Assembly: GCA_963734495.1 (NCBI GenBank)
Contig: CAVTHK010000001.1
Location: 736,001-800,000, forward strand
DNA length: 64,000 nt
Direction of reading: 5' to 3'
Origin: an uncultured Spirochaetota bacterium
GTDB lineage: Bacteria; Spirochaetota; Spirochaetia; SZUA-6; CAVTHK01
Shown: one piece after another, positions 1 through 10,252 of the stretch
How the letters are laid out: every line of letters begins with the position of its first letter
Position numbering within the stretch: position 1 is the stretch's first letter
Notes under the pieces: model-generated
Databases searched by the model: none
Told to the model about the DNA's origin: nothing
What the model saw: the letters and a program-made list of their open reading frames with translations, nothing else
Program-made: the position numbers and the translations under genes

Positions 1-1
1 G

Positions 2-442
2 GTTACGCGCCTGCTTCCCCCGATCGTCGAGATCCTCTCGGAGTTCGAGATGGAGAAACAGTCCCTCGACGTCCTGCAGACCCTGAGCGTGACAACGATT
101 GCAAACGTGCGCGAGAAGGTGGCATCCCTTTCGGGCGGTCAGCGGCAGTCGGTCGCGATTGCCAGGGCTGCCATGTGGGATTCGAAGCTCGTGATTCTCG
201 ATGAGCCGACGGCCGCGCTGGGCGTCGCTCAGACCGAGCAGGTCCTTGCCCTGATCCGGCGGCTGCGCGAGCACGGGCTGGGTGTCGTCGTCATCTCGCA
301 CAACCTTCACGAAGTGTTCTCGATCGCCGATCGCATCATCGTACTCCGTCTGGGCCGCCGGGTGGCGACGTTCGAGCACGGGACCACAACTCCGGATGAG
401 GTCGTCGCTGCCATCACCGGCGCTCGTGAGGCGGTGATGTGA
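2..442 (+). CDS. Sugar ABC transporter ATP-binding protein (5'-truncated by window edge)
   Basis: Frame open from nt 2; signature LSGGQRQ, Walker B VILDEPT, H-loop ISHN. Confidence 0.9.
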   Translation, partial: VTRLLPPIVEILSEFEMEKQSLDVLQTLSVTTIANVREKVASLSGGQRQSVAIARAAMWDSKLVILDEPTAALGVAQTEQVLALIRRLREHGLGVVVISHNLHEVFSIADRIIVLRLGRRVATFEHGTTTPDEVVAAITGAREAVM

Positions 443-1684
443 CCGACCCCGAAAGCCCCGATCCCAAGCGGAGCACCACCGAAACGCCGCCGCGGCTGGC
501 GCCGCAGAGCCTGCGCGGGCTGCTTTCGCGGTACAGCATCCAGCGCTGGCGGCATGGAGAGCTTGGTTCACTGCCGGTGGTCGTTGGCTTGATCTTGATC
601 GCGGCATTCTTCGCGAGCCAGGAGCGCACATTCCTTTCGGCACGGAACATCTCGAATCTCATCGTCCAGATCGCCGCGATCGGCTCGGTGGCGGTCGGAA
701 TCGTAATGGTACTGCTCCTGGGCGAGATCGATCTCTCTGTCGGCTCGTTGACCGGCCTGTGCTCGGCCCTGCTCGGGGTGCTGATCGTGAATCACGGGTG
801 GCCGTGGTGGCTCGCCATCCTGGCCGCGATGGTGACCGGCATCCTCATCGGCGCCTTCCAGGGCGCCTGGTTCGCATACATCGGTGTGCCGTCCTTCGTC
901 GTGACGCTGGCGGGGTTCCTGGCGTGGCAGGGGGTGCAGCTCCGCGTCCTTGGGTCGACCGGCACCGTCAACGTCTTCGAGCCGCACATCGGGAAGATTG
1001 CGCAATCGTTCCTGCCGGAGCCTTGGGGCTGGATCGTCGGACTCGGCGCGGCGGTCGCTCTCTGCGATCACGTTCTGGGGAACATGGCTCGGCAGACGCC
1101 GCACCGGTCTCGCGGCCGTTCCGCTGCTCGTCGTGCTCGCCCGCACCCTGTTGGTGATCGCGATTGCCGCGGCTTCCGTTTGGATCCTGAGCCGCTTCAA
1201 CGGCGTGCCGACCGCAGGGGTGATACTGCTCGCGCTCGTCGCGCTCTTTGCCTTTCTGACAACGCGGACCCGATTCGGCCGGTATGTCTTTGCGGTCGGG
1301 GGCAGTGCCGATGCCGCGCGCCGGGCGGGCATCCCCGTCGCCCGTGTCCGGATCGCCGTCTTCGCGCTCGCCGGGTTGATGGCTTCGATCGGAGGGATCG
1401 TCTTTGTCTCCCGGCTGACCGCCGCGAGCACGCAGACGGGCACCGGCACCTTCCTCCTGGAGGCAATCGCTGCAGCCGTCGTAGGTGGAACAAGCCTTTT
1501 CGGAGGACGAGGAAGCGTCTGGTCGGCGCTGCTGGGCGCGCTCGTGATCGGGAGCGTCTCCAACGGGCTCGACCTGATGGCGCAACCGCCTGAGATCAAG
1601 TACATGGTGGAAGGCGCCATACTCCTGGCCGCCGTCACCGTGGACGCCGTTGCCCGCCGGGGCCGCGCAGCCGCCGGGCGCTGA
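439..1684 (+). CDS. Monosaccharide ABC permease (XylH-like), one frameshift near 1060
   Basis: N-half in ORF 439 (GEIDLSVGS, PSFVVTLAG) and C-half in ORF 950..1684 (TRFGRYVFAVGG, AAAVVGGTSLFGGRG); GTGA overlap with upstream stop. Confidence 0.85.
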
Positions 1685-1915
1685 TCTGTCCCCCGGGCCC
1701 TCGGTGGGCACGCAGGTCCGGAGCTTCACGCTCTCCTCGAAAATGTCTGGACCGAAACCTCTCTCGGGTGCTGCCTTGGGTTCGAAACCGCAGGTCGCAG
1801 GTTCAGTCCCACGCGGCAAGTGGGACGTGCGGTCGAGGTCACGACCCGGCAGGAGTTCCCCGCGCCGGCATTCTGAGCGTTCAAGGCGCTCGGTCCAAGT
1901 CCAATCGCGTCAAAG

Positions 1916-1979
1916 ATGGCCGCCTGTGATCTGTTAGGCGTGTAGCACAAATGTGGCACACTGTACGCTCCAGACCGCC
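1916..1979 (+). repeat. Imperfect direct repeat, copy 1 (~64 bp)
   Basis: Aligns without gaps to 10604..10667, with a 21-nt identical core gatctgttaggcgtgtagcac and ~80% identity overall. Confidence 0.85.
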
Positions 1980-2053
1980 ATGCAACGCCACAGTCTCCTT
2001 TGACAGCGTGCAATCGCGGTGAGACACTCGGCGTATTCCGAAGGAGGTTAACC

Positions 2054-3700
2054 ATGTCTCGAAGCGCACTGCCATTGGTGGCTGTCTTGCTGGCCGCATG
2101 TGTGCTCGCCTGGGCCGGGCCCACGCCGGAGAAAGGATCGAGCACCAGTGGATCGGCCCCTGCCGCCTCCACGGCTGGTTCCGCGGGAGCGCCGGAGCCC
2201 ATCACGCTGCCGATCGTGAAAGAGAAGATCGTGCTCAAGACCTTCTGCAACTTCGAGCCCATCAAGGGCGGAGCGGCGATCAACAGCTATGCGGACATCC
2301 CCGCTTACAAAAGGATGCTCGAGCTCACCAACATCGAGATGCAATTCGTGCATCCTCCGGTCGGGCAGCAGAGGGAGCAGTTCAACCTCATGGTGGCCTC
2401 GGGGCAATACCCGGACATCATCGAGTGGGACTGGCTGTTCTACCCGGGTGGACCCGAGAAGGCGATCCAGGACAAGATCATCATCCCGCTGAACAAGGAG
2501 ATCGCTCAGTGGGCGCCGAACATCACCAAGATCCTCGCGGAGACTCCGGAGGTGCGGCGCCAGCTCATCACGGACACGGGCCTGCTGTACTGCTTCCCCT
2601 TCCTCCGCCTGGCTGAGGCCTGGCACGTTACCCGCGGCTTCCAGGCGAATGCCGCGTGGCTCAAGAAGCTCAACATCACGCCCCCGACGACGCTGGACGA
2701 TTTCTACAAGATGCTGGTGGCGTTCCGCACCAAGGATCCCAATGGCAACGGCAACCCGAACGACGAGCTCCCGCTGATCGCGCAGGGATTGCCCGCACTC
2801 ATGCAGCTCGCGGGCTCGTGGGGCATGACCGACCGCTTCTACAAGGTCGGCAACACGGTCAAGTTCGCTCCTGCCGACAAGGAGTACCTCGACTTTCTCA
2901 CCACGATGAACAAGTGGTACAACGAGAAGCTGATCGACCCGGACTTCGTCTCGACCACCGGCAATCAGTTCGACGCCAAGGTGTCCGGCAACATCGGCGG
3001 CGCGTGGCACGGGGCTCTCTCCGGCGGAATGGGACGGCTCATCCAGCTCATCCGCCAGAAGGATCCGAGCTTCTCGATCACGGGACTGCCCTTCCCCGCC
3101 GGGCCCGGCGGCAAGGGCTACAACATCTGGCCCGAGCGGCCGTTGTTCTACCCGGGGACGGGCGCGGGAATCAGCACGTCCTGCAAATACGTCAAGGAAG
3201 CGGTCAAGTACCTGGACTACGGCTATAGCCCCGAAGGCCATCGGCTGATGGTTTTCGGGATCGAAGGCCAGAGCTACAAGCTGGTCAACGGCGAGCCGGT
3301 CTTTACCGACATCGTCTCGAAGAACCCCACGCTGTCCGTCGACCAGGCTATCGGCCAATGGGCGCGGGGGACAAGCTCTCCGCCGCTCGTCTTCGACGAT
3401 GCCCTTTTCCGCGGCCGCATTTTCCTCCCCGAGCAGCAGGCTGCCTACAAGCTGTGGGTCCAAGCACCGTACGATCTGACCCTGCCACCCGTGACGCCGA
3501 CACCCGAAGAGGGCCGCAGGTTTGCCACGCTGATGAGCGGGTTGAACACGTTCATCGACGAGATGACGGCCAAATTCATCACAGGCAAGGAGCCGCTCGC
3601 CAACTGGGACAAGTACATGGCCACACTGAAGCAGCTCAATGTCGACGAGGCGCTTGCGCTGCGGCAGAAGGCGCTCGACCGGTACAACGCGCGGCAGTAG
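2054..3700 (+). CDS. Extracellular solute-binding protein, family 1 (LplA/aldouronate-type), orphan
   Basis: SD AAGGAGG at 2041; signal peptide; EQFNLMVASGQYPD, PTTLDDFY..L.AF..DPNGNG, KFITG motifs. Confidence 0.88.
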   Translation: MSRSALPLVAVLLAACVLAWAGPTPEKGSSTSGSAPAASTAGSAGAPEPITLPIVKEKIVLKTFCNFEPIKGGAAINSYADIPAYKRMLELTNIEMQFVHPPVGQQREQFNLMVASGQYPDIIEWDWLFYPGGPEKAIQDKIIIPLNKEIAQWAPNITKILAETPEVRRQLITDTGLLYCFPFLRLAEAWHVTRGFQANAAWLKKLNITPPTTLDDFYKMLVAFRTKDPNGNGNPNDELPLIAQGLPALMQLAGSWGMTDRFYKVGNTVKFAPADKEYLDFLTTMNKWYNEKLIDPDFVSTTGNQFDAKVSGNIGGAWHGALSGGMGRLIQLIRQKDPSFSITGLPFPAGPGGKGYNIWPERPLFYPGTGAGISTSCKYVKEAVKYLDYGYSPEGHRLMVFGIEGQSYKLVNGEPVFTDIVSKNPTLSVDQAIGQWARGTSSPPLVFDDALFRGRIFLPEQQAAYKLWVQAPYDLTLPPVTPTPEEGRRFATLMSGLNTFIDEMTAKFITGKEPLANWDKYMATLKQLNVDEALALRQKALDRYNARQ

Positions 3701-3812
3701 CGTCAGGCTCGATGCGTGCGGGTGAGCAAGCCGCTCACCCGCACGCGCCGTGAGCTGGCTGAGGTTTCGGGCTCGAAGGGTTCGTACGGGCTTCGTTTCA
3801 TGGGAGGGCGCT

Positions 3813-4361
3813 ATGGACGTGTGGGAAGCGATCGAGAAGAGGCGGTCAATCCGCAGGTTCGCAGGTCCGGCCACCGAGGAGCAGCTGCGGAAGATCATCC
3901 TCGCGGGCACCAAGGCGCCCTCGGGCGGCAATCGCCAGGGCTGGGAGTTCGTCATCGTCGACGATCCGCAGTTGATCGAGCAGATCGCAGAAAGCAAGTA
4001 CCAGCAGAACCGCAAGGTCCCCCCCGGAGCGGGACAGACGAGCGAGGACGTCGAGAAAGGCGCGCGCCGCCAGAGGGAGTCCTTTGCCAACGCCAGCATC
4101 GTGGTCGTGTGCAACAAGGCGGGAGAGGCGGCGAGCGCCTGGCTCGCAGTGCAGAACATGTGCTTGGCCGCGGTTGCGGAGCGTCTGGGCACCGTCATCA
4201 CGGGCTTCGGGGGCGAGCACAAGCGCAGCGTCGAGCAAATCGTGGGCGTTCCCGAGGGCTACGAGATGGCCACCGTGGTGAAGATCGGCGTACCGGCTGA
4301 AAGCCCGTCACCGCCGCAGAGGCGGCCCGAGTTCAGCTGGCTGCACAAGAACCGGTTCTGA
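3813..4361 (+). CDS. Nitroreductase family protein
   Basis: SD GGAGG; RRSIRRF, APSGGNRQGWEFVIV, QNMCLAA motifs. Confidence 0.88.
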   Translation: MDVWEAIEKRRSIRRFAGPATEEQLRKIILAGTKAPSGGNRQGWEFVIVDDPQLIEQIAESKYQQNRKVPPGAGQTSEDVEKGARRQRESFANASIVVVCNKAGEAASAWLAVQNMCLAAVAERLGTVITGFGGEHKRSVEQIVGVPEGYEMATVVKIGVPAESPSPPQRRPEFSWLHKNRF

Positions 4362-4500
4362 AGTCTGTCCTCCCGAAAAGGAAGGGGCAGGCCGCATTCC
4401 CCGAGCGGACACCATAGGCGCGTGGAGCCACCGGCCTCCAAGCCGCCGGACCGGTGCCGCAAGGCAACTGTCAGGAATACGTGCAGCAGGCGCCACGTCG

Positions 4501-4662
4501 ACCATCCGACACAACTTCGCGACGTCGCTGATAGCGAAAACGGGTAAGCTCGAGGGAGTGCCGCAATACCTGGACCGCGCAGACGCAGCCACAACACTGC
4601 GCTTTTGCGTCCACGAAACGTTAAGTGACTCGGAGCTCGGGATCGAGAAGGCGAAGGAGTGA
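4501..4662 (+). pseudogene. Degenerate C-terminal remnant of a tyrosine recombinase/integrase
   Basis: Manual translation TIRHNFATSLIAKTGKLEGVPQYLDRADAATTLRFCVHE matches box II (H.LRHSFAT..LGH....TT..Y.H), with LGH->LDR and catalytic Y->C. Confidence 0.7.
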
Positions 4663-4921
4663 AGGCCAAGAGGAACCTCGTCGTCGAAACGCCAGGCGGG
4701 CTCTCAGTGTCAGGCAAAGTGGGCATACCTGCTCTGCACTAGGCAAGAAGGATGTCGAAAACCCTCCCTCGAGGACCTTGTGCCGTGGGAAGCTTCCTAT
4801 TCATGAGAGCGTGACGGTTACCTGTACGTGGCGGTCTCCATCCGCAAGGACAAGATCATCATGCTGCGGGTGCCCTGCGACACGCCGTGGCCGAGGCAGG
4901 ACGCCGGTCGTCGGTTCAACG

Positions 4922-4950
4922 TTGACAGATGATAGGGCGGGGTTTAGCAT
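4922..4950 (+). promoter_or_regulatory. Sigma70-type promoter for the family-5 ABC operon
   Basis: TTGACA-17 nt-TAGCAT; palindrome TCAACGTTGA (4916-4925) overlaps the -35. Confidence 0.7.
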
Positions 4951-5016
4951 GTTTTTCACATACGTAGCGAGGAGCACACGACAGTCAGGGCAGCGATCGA
5001 TCGAGGAGGTCCACTC

Positions 5017-7041
5017 GTGAGCAGACGGATGCTTCTTTCCGCTTTCGTGGCGATCGTGGTGGGATTCCAGGTTTTCGCAAGCGGCAAGCCGGAGGGGAAA
5101 GAGGCCCCGCAGGCCGCCGCGTCTCCCAGCGCAGGAGTGGCGGCCATCAAGGGGCTGGTCCCCGACATGGTCAACTTCTTTGCGACCGTTGCTGACTACG
5201 AAAAGGCCAGCGGCAAAAAGCTCGGCGCACTGAAAGAAGCCCCGCAGCTCGCCGAGCAGTCCAAAGCGGGCAAGCTGCCGCCGCTGGCGCAGCGGGTCTC
5301 CGAAGAGCCCATGGTAATGGTCCCGCTGGAGAGTATCGGCAAGTACGGCGGGCGGATCCGATGCGCCGCGTTGAGCCCGGTGACCGGAGGTGCGGAGGCG
5401 TGGACGGCTAGGACGCAGCCGCTCCTGATGGTGGCCCCCAACCTGCAGGGCATCTCGCCAAACGTCGCCAAGGGCTGGGATTGGAACGACGATTTTTCGC
5501 AGCTCACGATCCACCTGCGGAAAGGCATGAAGTGGAGTGACGGCGCACCATTCACGGCCGACGATTTCCTTTTCTGGTACGAAGACATCCTGGCGAACAA
5601 GGACGTGACGACCACCCGGCCCGCCTCGTGGAGGCCGTTGCAGGCGGTCGACAAGGTCGACGAGACGACGGTACGCTTCCGTTTTTCGCAGCCCTACCCG
5701 AGTATCCTGAACGTGCTGGCTACGGAGGCGAGGTTGTACCTCGAAGTGCCGTTTGCACCCAAGCACTACCTGTCGCAGTTCCACCTCAAGTACAACCCCA
5801 AGGCAAACGAGCTGGCAAAGCAAAGGGGCGTGGACACCTGGGTGCAGCTGTTGCTCAGGCAGTACCCGAACGAAGTGCAGGAGCGCATGGATCCGGCGGT
5901 GCCGACGATCGACCCGTGGACCATGGTCAAGGTCGACCAGTTCGGCAACAAGTACTTTGACCGCAACCCGTACTACTGGAAGGTTGATCCCGAGGGCAAC
6001 CAGCTCCCGTACCTGGACGGCCAGGACCGTCTCCTCTTTGCGAACCTGGAGGCGGTGAGCTCCAAGGCCATCGCGGGAGAGCTGGACTACGTTCTGCAGT
6101 TCACGACCGCGGGCAACTATCCCCTGTACAAGGACAACGAGAGCCGCGGCAAGTACAAGACCAACATGTGGTTCGACGGCCGTGGCAACGTGCTCCTCTG
6201 CATGAGGCCGAACCTGAACCACAAGGACCCAGTGATGCGGCAGTTGTTCAACGACCTGCGTTTCCGCAAAGCCCTGTCCTACGCTGTGAACCGCGACGAG
6301 ATCAACGAGGTCATCTGGCGGGGACTCGCGACGCCGCGCGGCGCCATGGTGGACCCCGACGTCAGCTTCTACGAGCCCTGGATGGGCAAGAACTTTATCG
6401 AGTTCAAGCCCGACGAGTCGCGAAAGCTGCTCGACGAAATCGGGCTCAAGTGGGATGCCGACAAGAAGTACCGCCTCAGGCCCGACGGCAAGCCGCTGCA
6501 GGTCAACATCGAGTACTTCATCCTCGAGGACAAGATGGACGTCGGCGTCGAGATGATCAAGCAGAACTGGGAGGCCGTGGGCATCAAGGTGGCCACCAAG
6601 TCCATCGATGGGCCGCTGAGCAGCCAGCGCTTCGCGGCAGGCGAGCTGGACATCTACATCTGGAACATGGACCAGACGACGGAGATCGGCTTTCACGCCC
6701 GGCCGACCTATCACATGCCGCCGGGAAACGCCGTGCTCTGGACACAGTGGATCAACACCAACGGAGCGCAGGGAGAAAAGCCGCCCGAAGACGTTCTCAA
6801 GTACTACTCGCTCGCCACGGAGTTCCAGAAGTACCCGATCGGCCACCCCAAGTACAAGGAGATCGGCAAGCAGCTGCTGACCATCGCCGCCAACGACCTG
6901 TGGAACATCGGCGTGGCAGGCATCACGCCCAAGCCGAGCCTCGTCAAGAGCAGCCTGAAGAACGTGAAGAGGGCCGGCTCGTTCATCTACGACTATCGCT
7001 TCTGGATGATCTACCATCCCGAGCAGTGGTACTACGAGTGA
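5017..7041 (+). CDS. ABC substrate-binding protein family 5 (DppA/OppA fold, oligosaccharide-binding type)
   Basis: SD GAGGAGG, GTG start, signal peptide; LRKGMKWSDGAPFTADD, RNPYYWKVDPEGNQLPYLD, FRKALSYAVNR. Confidence 0.9.
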   Translation: MSRRMLLSAFVAIVVGFQVFASGKPEGKEAPQAAASPSAGVAAIKGLVPDMVNFFATVADYEKASGKKLGALKEAPQLAEQSKAGKLPPLAQRVSEEPMVMVPLESIGKYGGRIRCAALSPVTGGAEAWTARTQPLLMVAPNLQGISPNVAKGWDWNDDFSQLTIHLRKGMKWSDGAPFTADDFLFWYEDILANKDVTTTRPASWRPLQAVDKVDETTVRFRFSQPYPSILNVLATEARLYLEVPFAPKHYLSQFHLKYNPKANELAKQRGVDTWVQLLLRQYPNEVQERMDPAVPTIDPWTMVKVDQFGNKYFDRNPYYWKVDPEGNQLPYLDGQDRLLFANLEAVSSKAIAGELDYVLQFTTAGNYPLYKDNESRGKYKTNMWFDGRGNVLLCMRPNLNHKDPVMRQLFNDLRFRKALSYAVNRDEINEVIWRGLATPRGAMVDPDVSFYEPWMGKNFIEFKPDESRKLLDEIGLKWDADKKYRLRPDGKPLQVNIEYFILEDKMDVGVEMIKQNWEAVGIKVATKSIDGPLSSQRFAAGELDIYIWNMDQTTEIGFHARPTYHMPPGNAVLWTQWINTNGAQGEKPPEDVLKYYSLATEFQKYPIGHPKYKEIGKQLLTIAANDLWNIGVAGITPKPSLVKSSLKNVKRAGSFIYDYRFWMIYHPEQWYYE

Positions 7042-7056
7042 CGCGTTCCGCGCGTG

Positions 7057-7082
7057 GGGGAGAGGCGCTTTCGCCTCTCCCC
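7057..7082 (+). other. Intercistronic stem-loop after the binding-protein gene
   Basis: GGGGAGAGGCG-CTTT-CGCCTCTCCCC perfect hairpin with no U-tract. Confidence 0.65.
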
Positions 7083-7110
7083 GCGTGACCCGCGCTCCCG
7101 GCGGCACCGC

Positions 7111-7776
7111 GTGATCAGGTTCATCCTCCGTCGCTTTGCCTACATGATTCTCCTGCTCGTCGCGGTCTCCATCCTGGGATTCGTGGTGATCCAGCTGCCG
7201 CCCGGAGACTGGCTCAGCACCTACATCGTGCAGGTTCAGATGACGGGAGGCATCGTCGAGCAGCAGCAGGTGGATTCCCTCAGGCGCATGTACGGGCTGG
7301 ACCAGCCCCTCTACGCCCAATACGTCAAGTGGGTCGTGGGGATGCTCCGAGGCGACTTTGGGTACTCCTTCTTTTGGAAGCGTCCCGTGGCCGAGCTGAT
7401 CGGCGAGCGGATGGGCTACACGATTCTCATCAGCGGCCTCACGCTCCTGTTCAGCTACGGCGCGGCCATCTACATCGGTGTGTACTCCGCCACGCACCAG
7501 TATCGCGCGGGAGACTATGCGGCGACGGTGTTCGGCTTTATTGGGCTATCGACCCCTCCCTTTCTGCTGGCGCTCGTGCTCGTGTACTTCATCTTCAGGG
7601 CGTTCGGGATGAACGTCGTGGGCCTCTTTTCGCCGCAGTTCGTGGAGGCTCCCTGGAGCCTGGCCCGGGTCTGGGACATGCTGCTGCACCTGCCGGTGCC
7701 AGTCATCGTGGTGGGCGCGGCGGGGATTGCCGGCCTCCAGAGGATCATGCGGGCGACGCTTCTCGATGAGCTGAAA
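7111..7776 (+). pseudogene. DppB/OppB-type ABC permease, 3'-truncated
   Basis: FILRR, LPPGD, YGLDQPLY.QY, GDFGYS present; homology stops at RIMRATLLDELK, just before the EAA loop. Confidence 0.8.
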
Positions 7777-8763
7777 TTCTGGAGCTGGGCTCCACGAAGG
7801 GCCTGTTTCGGAGTGACTGGCGCGACCGTTTGCTTTTGAAGCCGAAGGCCGCGTGTTCATGATCGTGGGGGCCAGAGTCGAGGGCGATGAGACTGATGCC
7901 GTGCTTCCGATCTTCGAGGCCGAGGACGGGAGCATGCTCCGTTGGCGCTATCGCGGGATCATGTTTCGCAAGCCCTGGTGGAGCTGCCGTTCTTCGAATG
8001 CCAAAGCTCTTCCGCCTGCGTGACCGATGGGTGCTGGTCACTTCGCCGTTTGGTCCGGTCCGGTACTTCGCCGGCAGCTTCGACCCGAACGGGCGCGATT
8101 TGTCGAGGAGCACGAAGGCACGGTCGACTATAGCGAGCAGCACTATGCGAGTGAGAACGTTGTCGATGGCGAGGGCCACGCCTGGCTCATGGGTGGCTTA
8201 CGGGCTGGGCACCGCCGGCCACGACGGAGTCGGCTGGAATGGCTGCATGTCGCTCCCGCGACTGCTCGACCTGGACGCCGACAGACGCTTGATCCAGGTG
8301 CCGGCACCGCAGTTGGCCGAGCTGAGGGGCGAGCGGCTTCGGGTCTGGAGCTTCGAGTCGTCGACGGGGTGCGTTCGATCGAGCGCATCAGCGGTGACAC
8401 GATGGAGATTGCCTGCACCTCCGGCTGGTCAGAGGGGCACGAGGGGGGCTGAGGGTACGCTCCTCGTCCGAGGGGCGCGCCGGCGTAGACATCGGCATCG
8501 AGCAGCGACAGAGAGACACGTTCGGCGTAGCGGTCGACCGTTTCGGTGTTCCGTCGCACGTGGTGCCGGCGGACGGGCTCGTCGACTTCCGCATCTTTCT
8601 CGACCGGGACTTCGTCGAAGTCTTCGTAGCGGGAGGGAGAGCGTGCGTGAGCCTCAAGCTTTCGCGAAACCGGGCGGCCGACCTGCAGGTATCCGCATTC
8701 GCCGAAAGGGGCGAGGTACAGGTGGGGCCGCTCGACGCCTGGCCGATGAGCCCGATCTGGTGA
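7777..8763 (+). pseudogene. GH32 (beta-fructofuranosidase-like) fragment lacking the N-terminus, multiple frameshifts
   Basis: Across frames: SDWRD(P)F, FFEC(P)KLF, W....GWNGCMSLPR, FRIFLDRDFVEVF; no WMNDPNG-type nucleophile motif. Confidence 0.75.
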
Positions 8764-8857
8764 ATCGCAGCGGGGGAGAGTGGTGGGCACCTTGGCCCGG
8801 CGCGTGTGCGCGGGCCCCGGACGGACACGTCCGCAACCGTGTCGATGAGGAGGTTTT

Positions 8858-10252
8858 GTGAGACCCAACGTGCTTTTCCTGTTTGCGGACCAGCTACGGG
8901 CTTCGTCGTTGCCCTTGTTCGGGGAACACCAGGTGGCGACCCCGAATATCGATCGACTGGCGAGGCAGGGAACCAGCTTTACCAACGTCTTTTCCACGTG
9001 CCCCGTGTGCACTCCGTACCGGTCGATGCTCTTGACCGGCCGCCATCCCCAGACTACGGGACACCTCTGCAACTTTGTCCGTACGCGGCACGACGAGATC
9101 GGCATCGGCGATGCGTTTGCCCGTGCGGGATACGCTACCGCCTGGGTCGGCAAGTGGCACCTGCATACCGGGTCATTCCCGGAGATCGGCGGCGAGGATT
9201 TCGTCCCCGAAGGACGCGACAGGCTCGGTTTTGGGTTCTGGCGGGGCTACAACTTCCACATGCAGTACTTTGGCGGATGGGTCAACCGGGGCGACTGGCG
9301 CTGCGAAAAGTGGGAGGGCTACGAGACCACCGCCCTCAATCGCCACGCGTTCGAGTTTCTTGACAGCGTAGGCGACAGGCCGTTCTGCCTGTTCATCTCG
9401 CCGCATCAGCCGCACTTTACGCCCTTCAAATCGGCCCCCGACGAAGTCTACAAGCGACTCCCGGAGCGGCTCGAATTGCCGGCAAATGTGCCCGACGATG
9501 CAAGAGCTCAGGCCCTCAAAGCGTATCGCGACTACCTCGCGATGGTTCTGACCGTGGACGACATGCTTGGCGAGATCCTCGACCGCCTGGAACGGACCGG
9601 AAAGGCGGACAACACGCTCGTCATATTCACTTCGGATCACGGGACGGAGATGGGCGCCCATGGTGTTCCGCCCTGGAACAAGATGACGCCTCACATGGAG
9701 TCAATGCATGTTCCGTTCGTTGCGCGTCTTCCCGGTGTGCTGCCGGCGGGTGGAACGCGGGACACGCTGGTGGCTCCGGTGGACCTCTTTCCAACCATTT
9801 GTGGTCTGTGCGATGTCCCGGTTCCCCGCACGGTGGAGGGGTACGATCTGAGCCGCGCCTTTGTCGGCGCCGCTGGCGCCTTCGAGCAACAGGCTCTGTT
9901 CACGATGAACTTTACCGCCGCCTACAATCACCTCGAAACCGGCCGGGAGTGGCGCGGCGTGGTCACGAAGGACGGGTGCTACACGCGCTGGCTGGATGGC
10001 CAGGTCGAGCTCTACGACCTGGAGAAAGATCGGCTGCAGACCAGGAACCTGGCGGCCGATCCCGCGTACGGCCGACAGGTTCGGGAGCTCGAACAGCAGC
10101 TCAAGCGATTCATGCTGGCGCGCGGCGACCGGCTGTCTCCGTGCACTGACCTCGCGGGCTGGTTCGACGCGCAGCGACGGATCGTGCGCAACGGCTACGG
10201 GCCGCTGCGTGATCCCGAGGCTGCCCCGGACTGGTCGTTGCTTTACCGGTAG
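8858..10252 (+). CDS. Sulfatase (formylglycine-dependent S1, Cys-type)
   Basis: PNVLFLFADQ, CTPYRSMLLTG (CxPxR), GKWHL, SDHG; SD GAGGAGG. Confidence 0.92.
   Translation: MRPNVLFLFADQLRASSLPLFGEHQVATPNIDRLARQGTSFTNVFSTCPVCTPYRSMLLTGRHPQTTGHLCNFVRTRHDEIGIGDAFARAGYATAWVGKWHLHTGSFPEIGGEDFVPEGRDRLGFGFWRGYNFHMQYFGGWVNRGDWRCEKWEGYETTALNRHAFEFLDSVGDRPFCLFISPHQPHFTPFKSAPDEVYKRLPERLELPANVPDDARAQALKAYRDYLAMVLTVDDMLGEILDRLERTGKADNTLVIFTSDHGTEMGAHGVPPWNKMTPHMESMHVPFVARLPGVLPAGGTRDTLVAPVDLFPTICGLCDVPVPRTVEGYDLSRAFVGAAGAFEQQALFTMNFTAAYNHLETGREWRGVVTKDGCYTRWLDGQVELYDLEKDRLQTRNLAADPAYGRQVRELEQQLKRFMLARGDRLSPCTDLAGWFDAQRRIVRNGYGPLRDPEAAPDWSLLYR

Noticed and set aside
1775-1825. tRNA-like 3' fragment (AACCGCAGGTCGCAGGTTCAGTCCC) near the left repeat
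   Set aside because: The T-stem does not pair, and there is no acceptor stem, D-arm or CCA; too weak to call a tRNA or att site
1933-1939. GTTAGGC matching the integron attC core GTTRRRY in both repeat copies
   Set aside because: No upstream RYYYAAC inverse core or attC-like palindrome, no intI, and the enclosed DNA is not cassette-like
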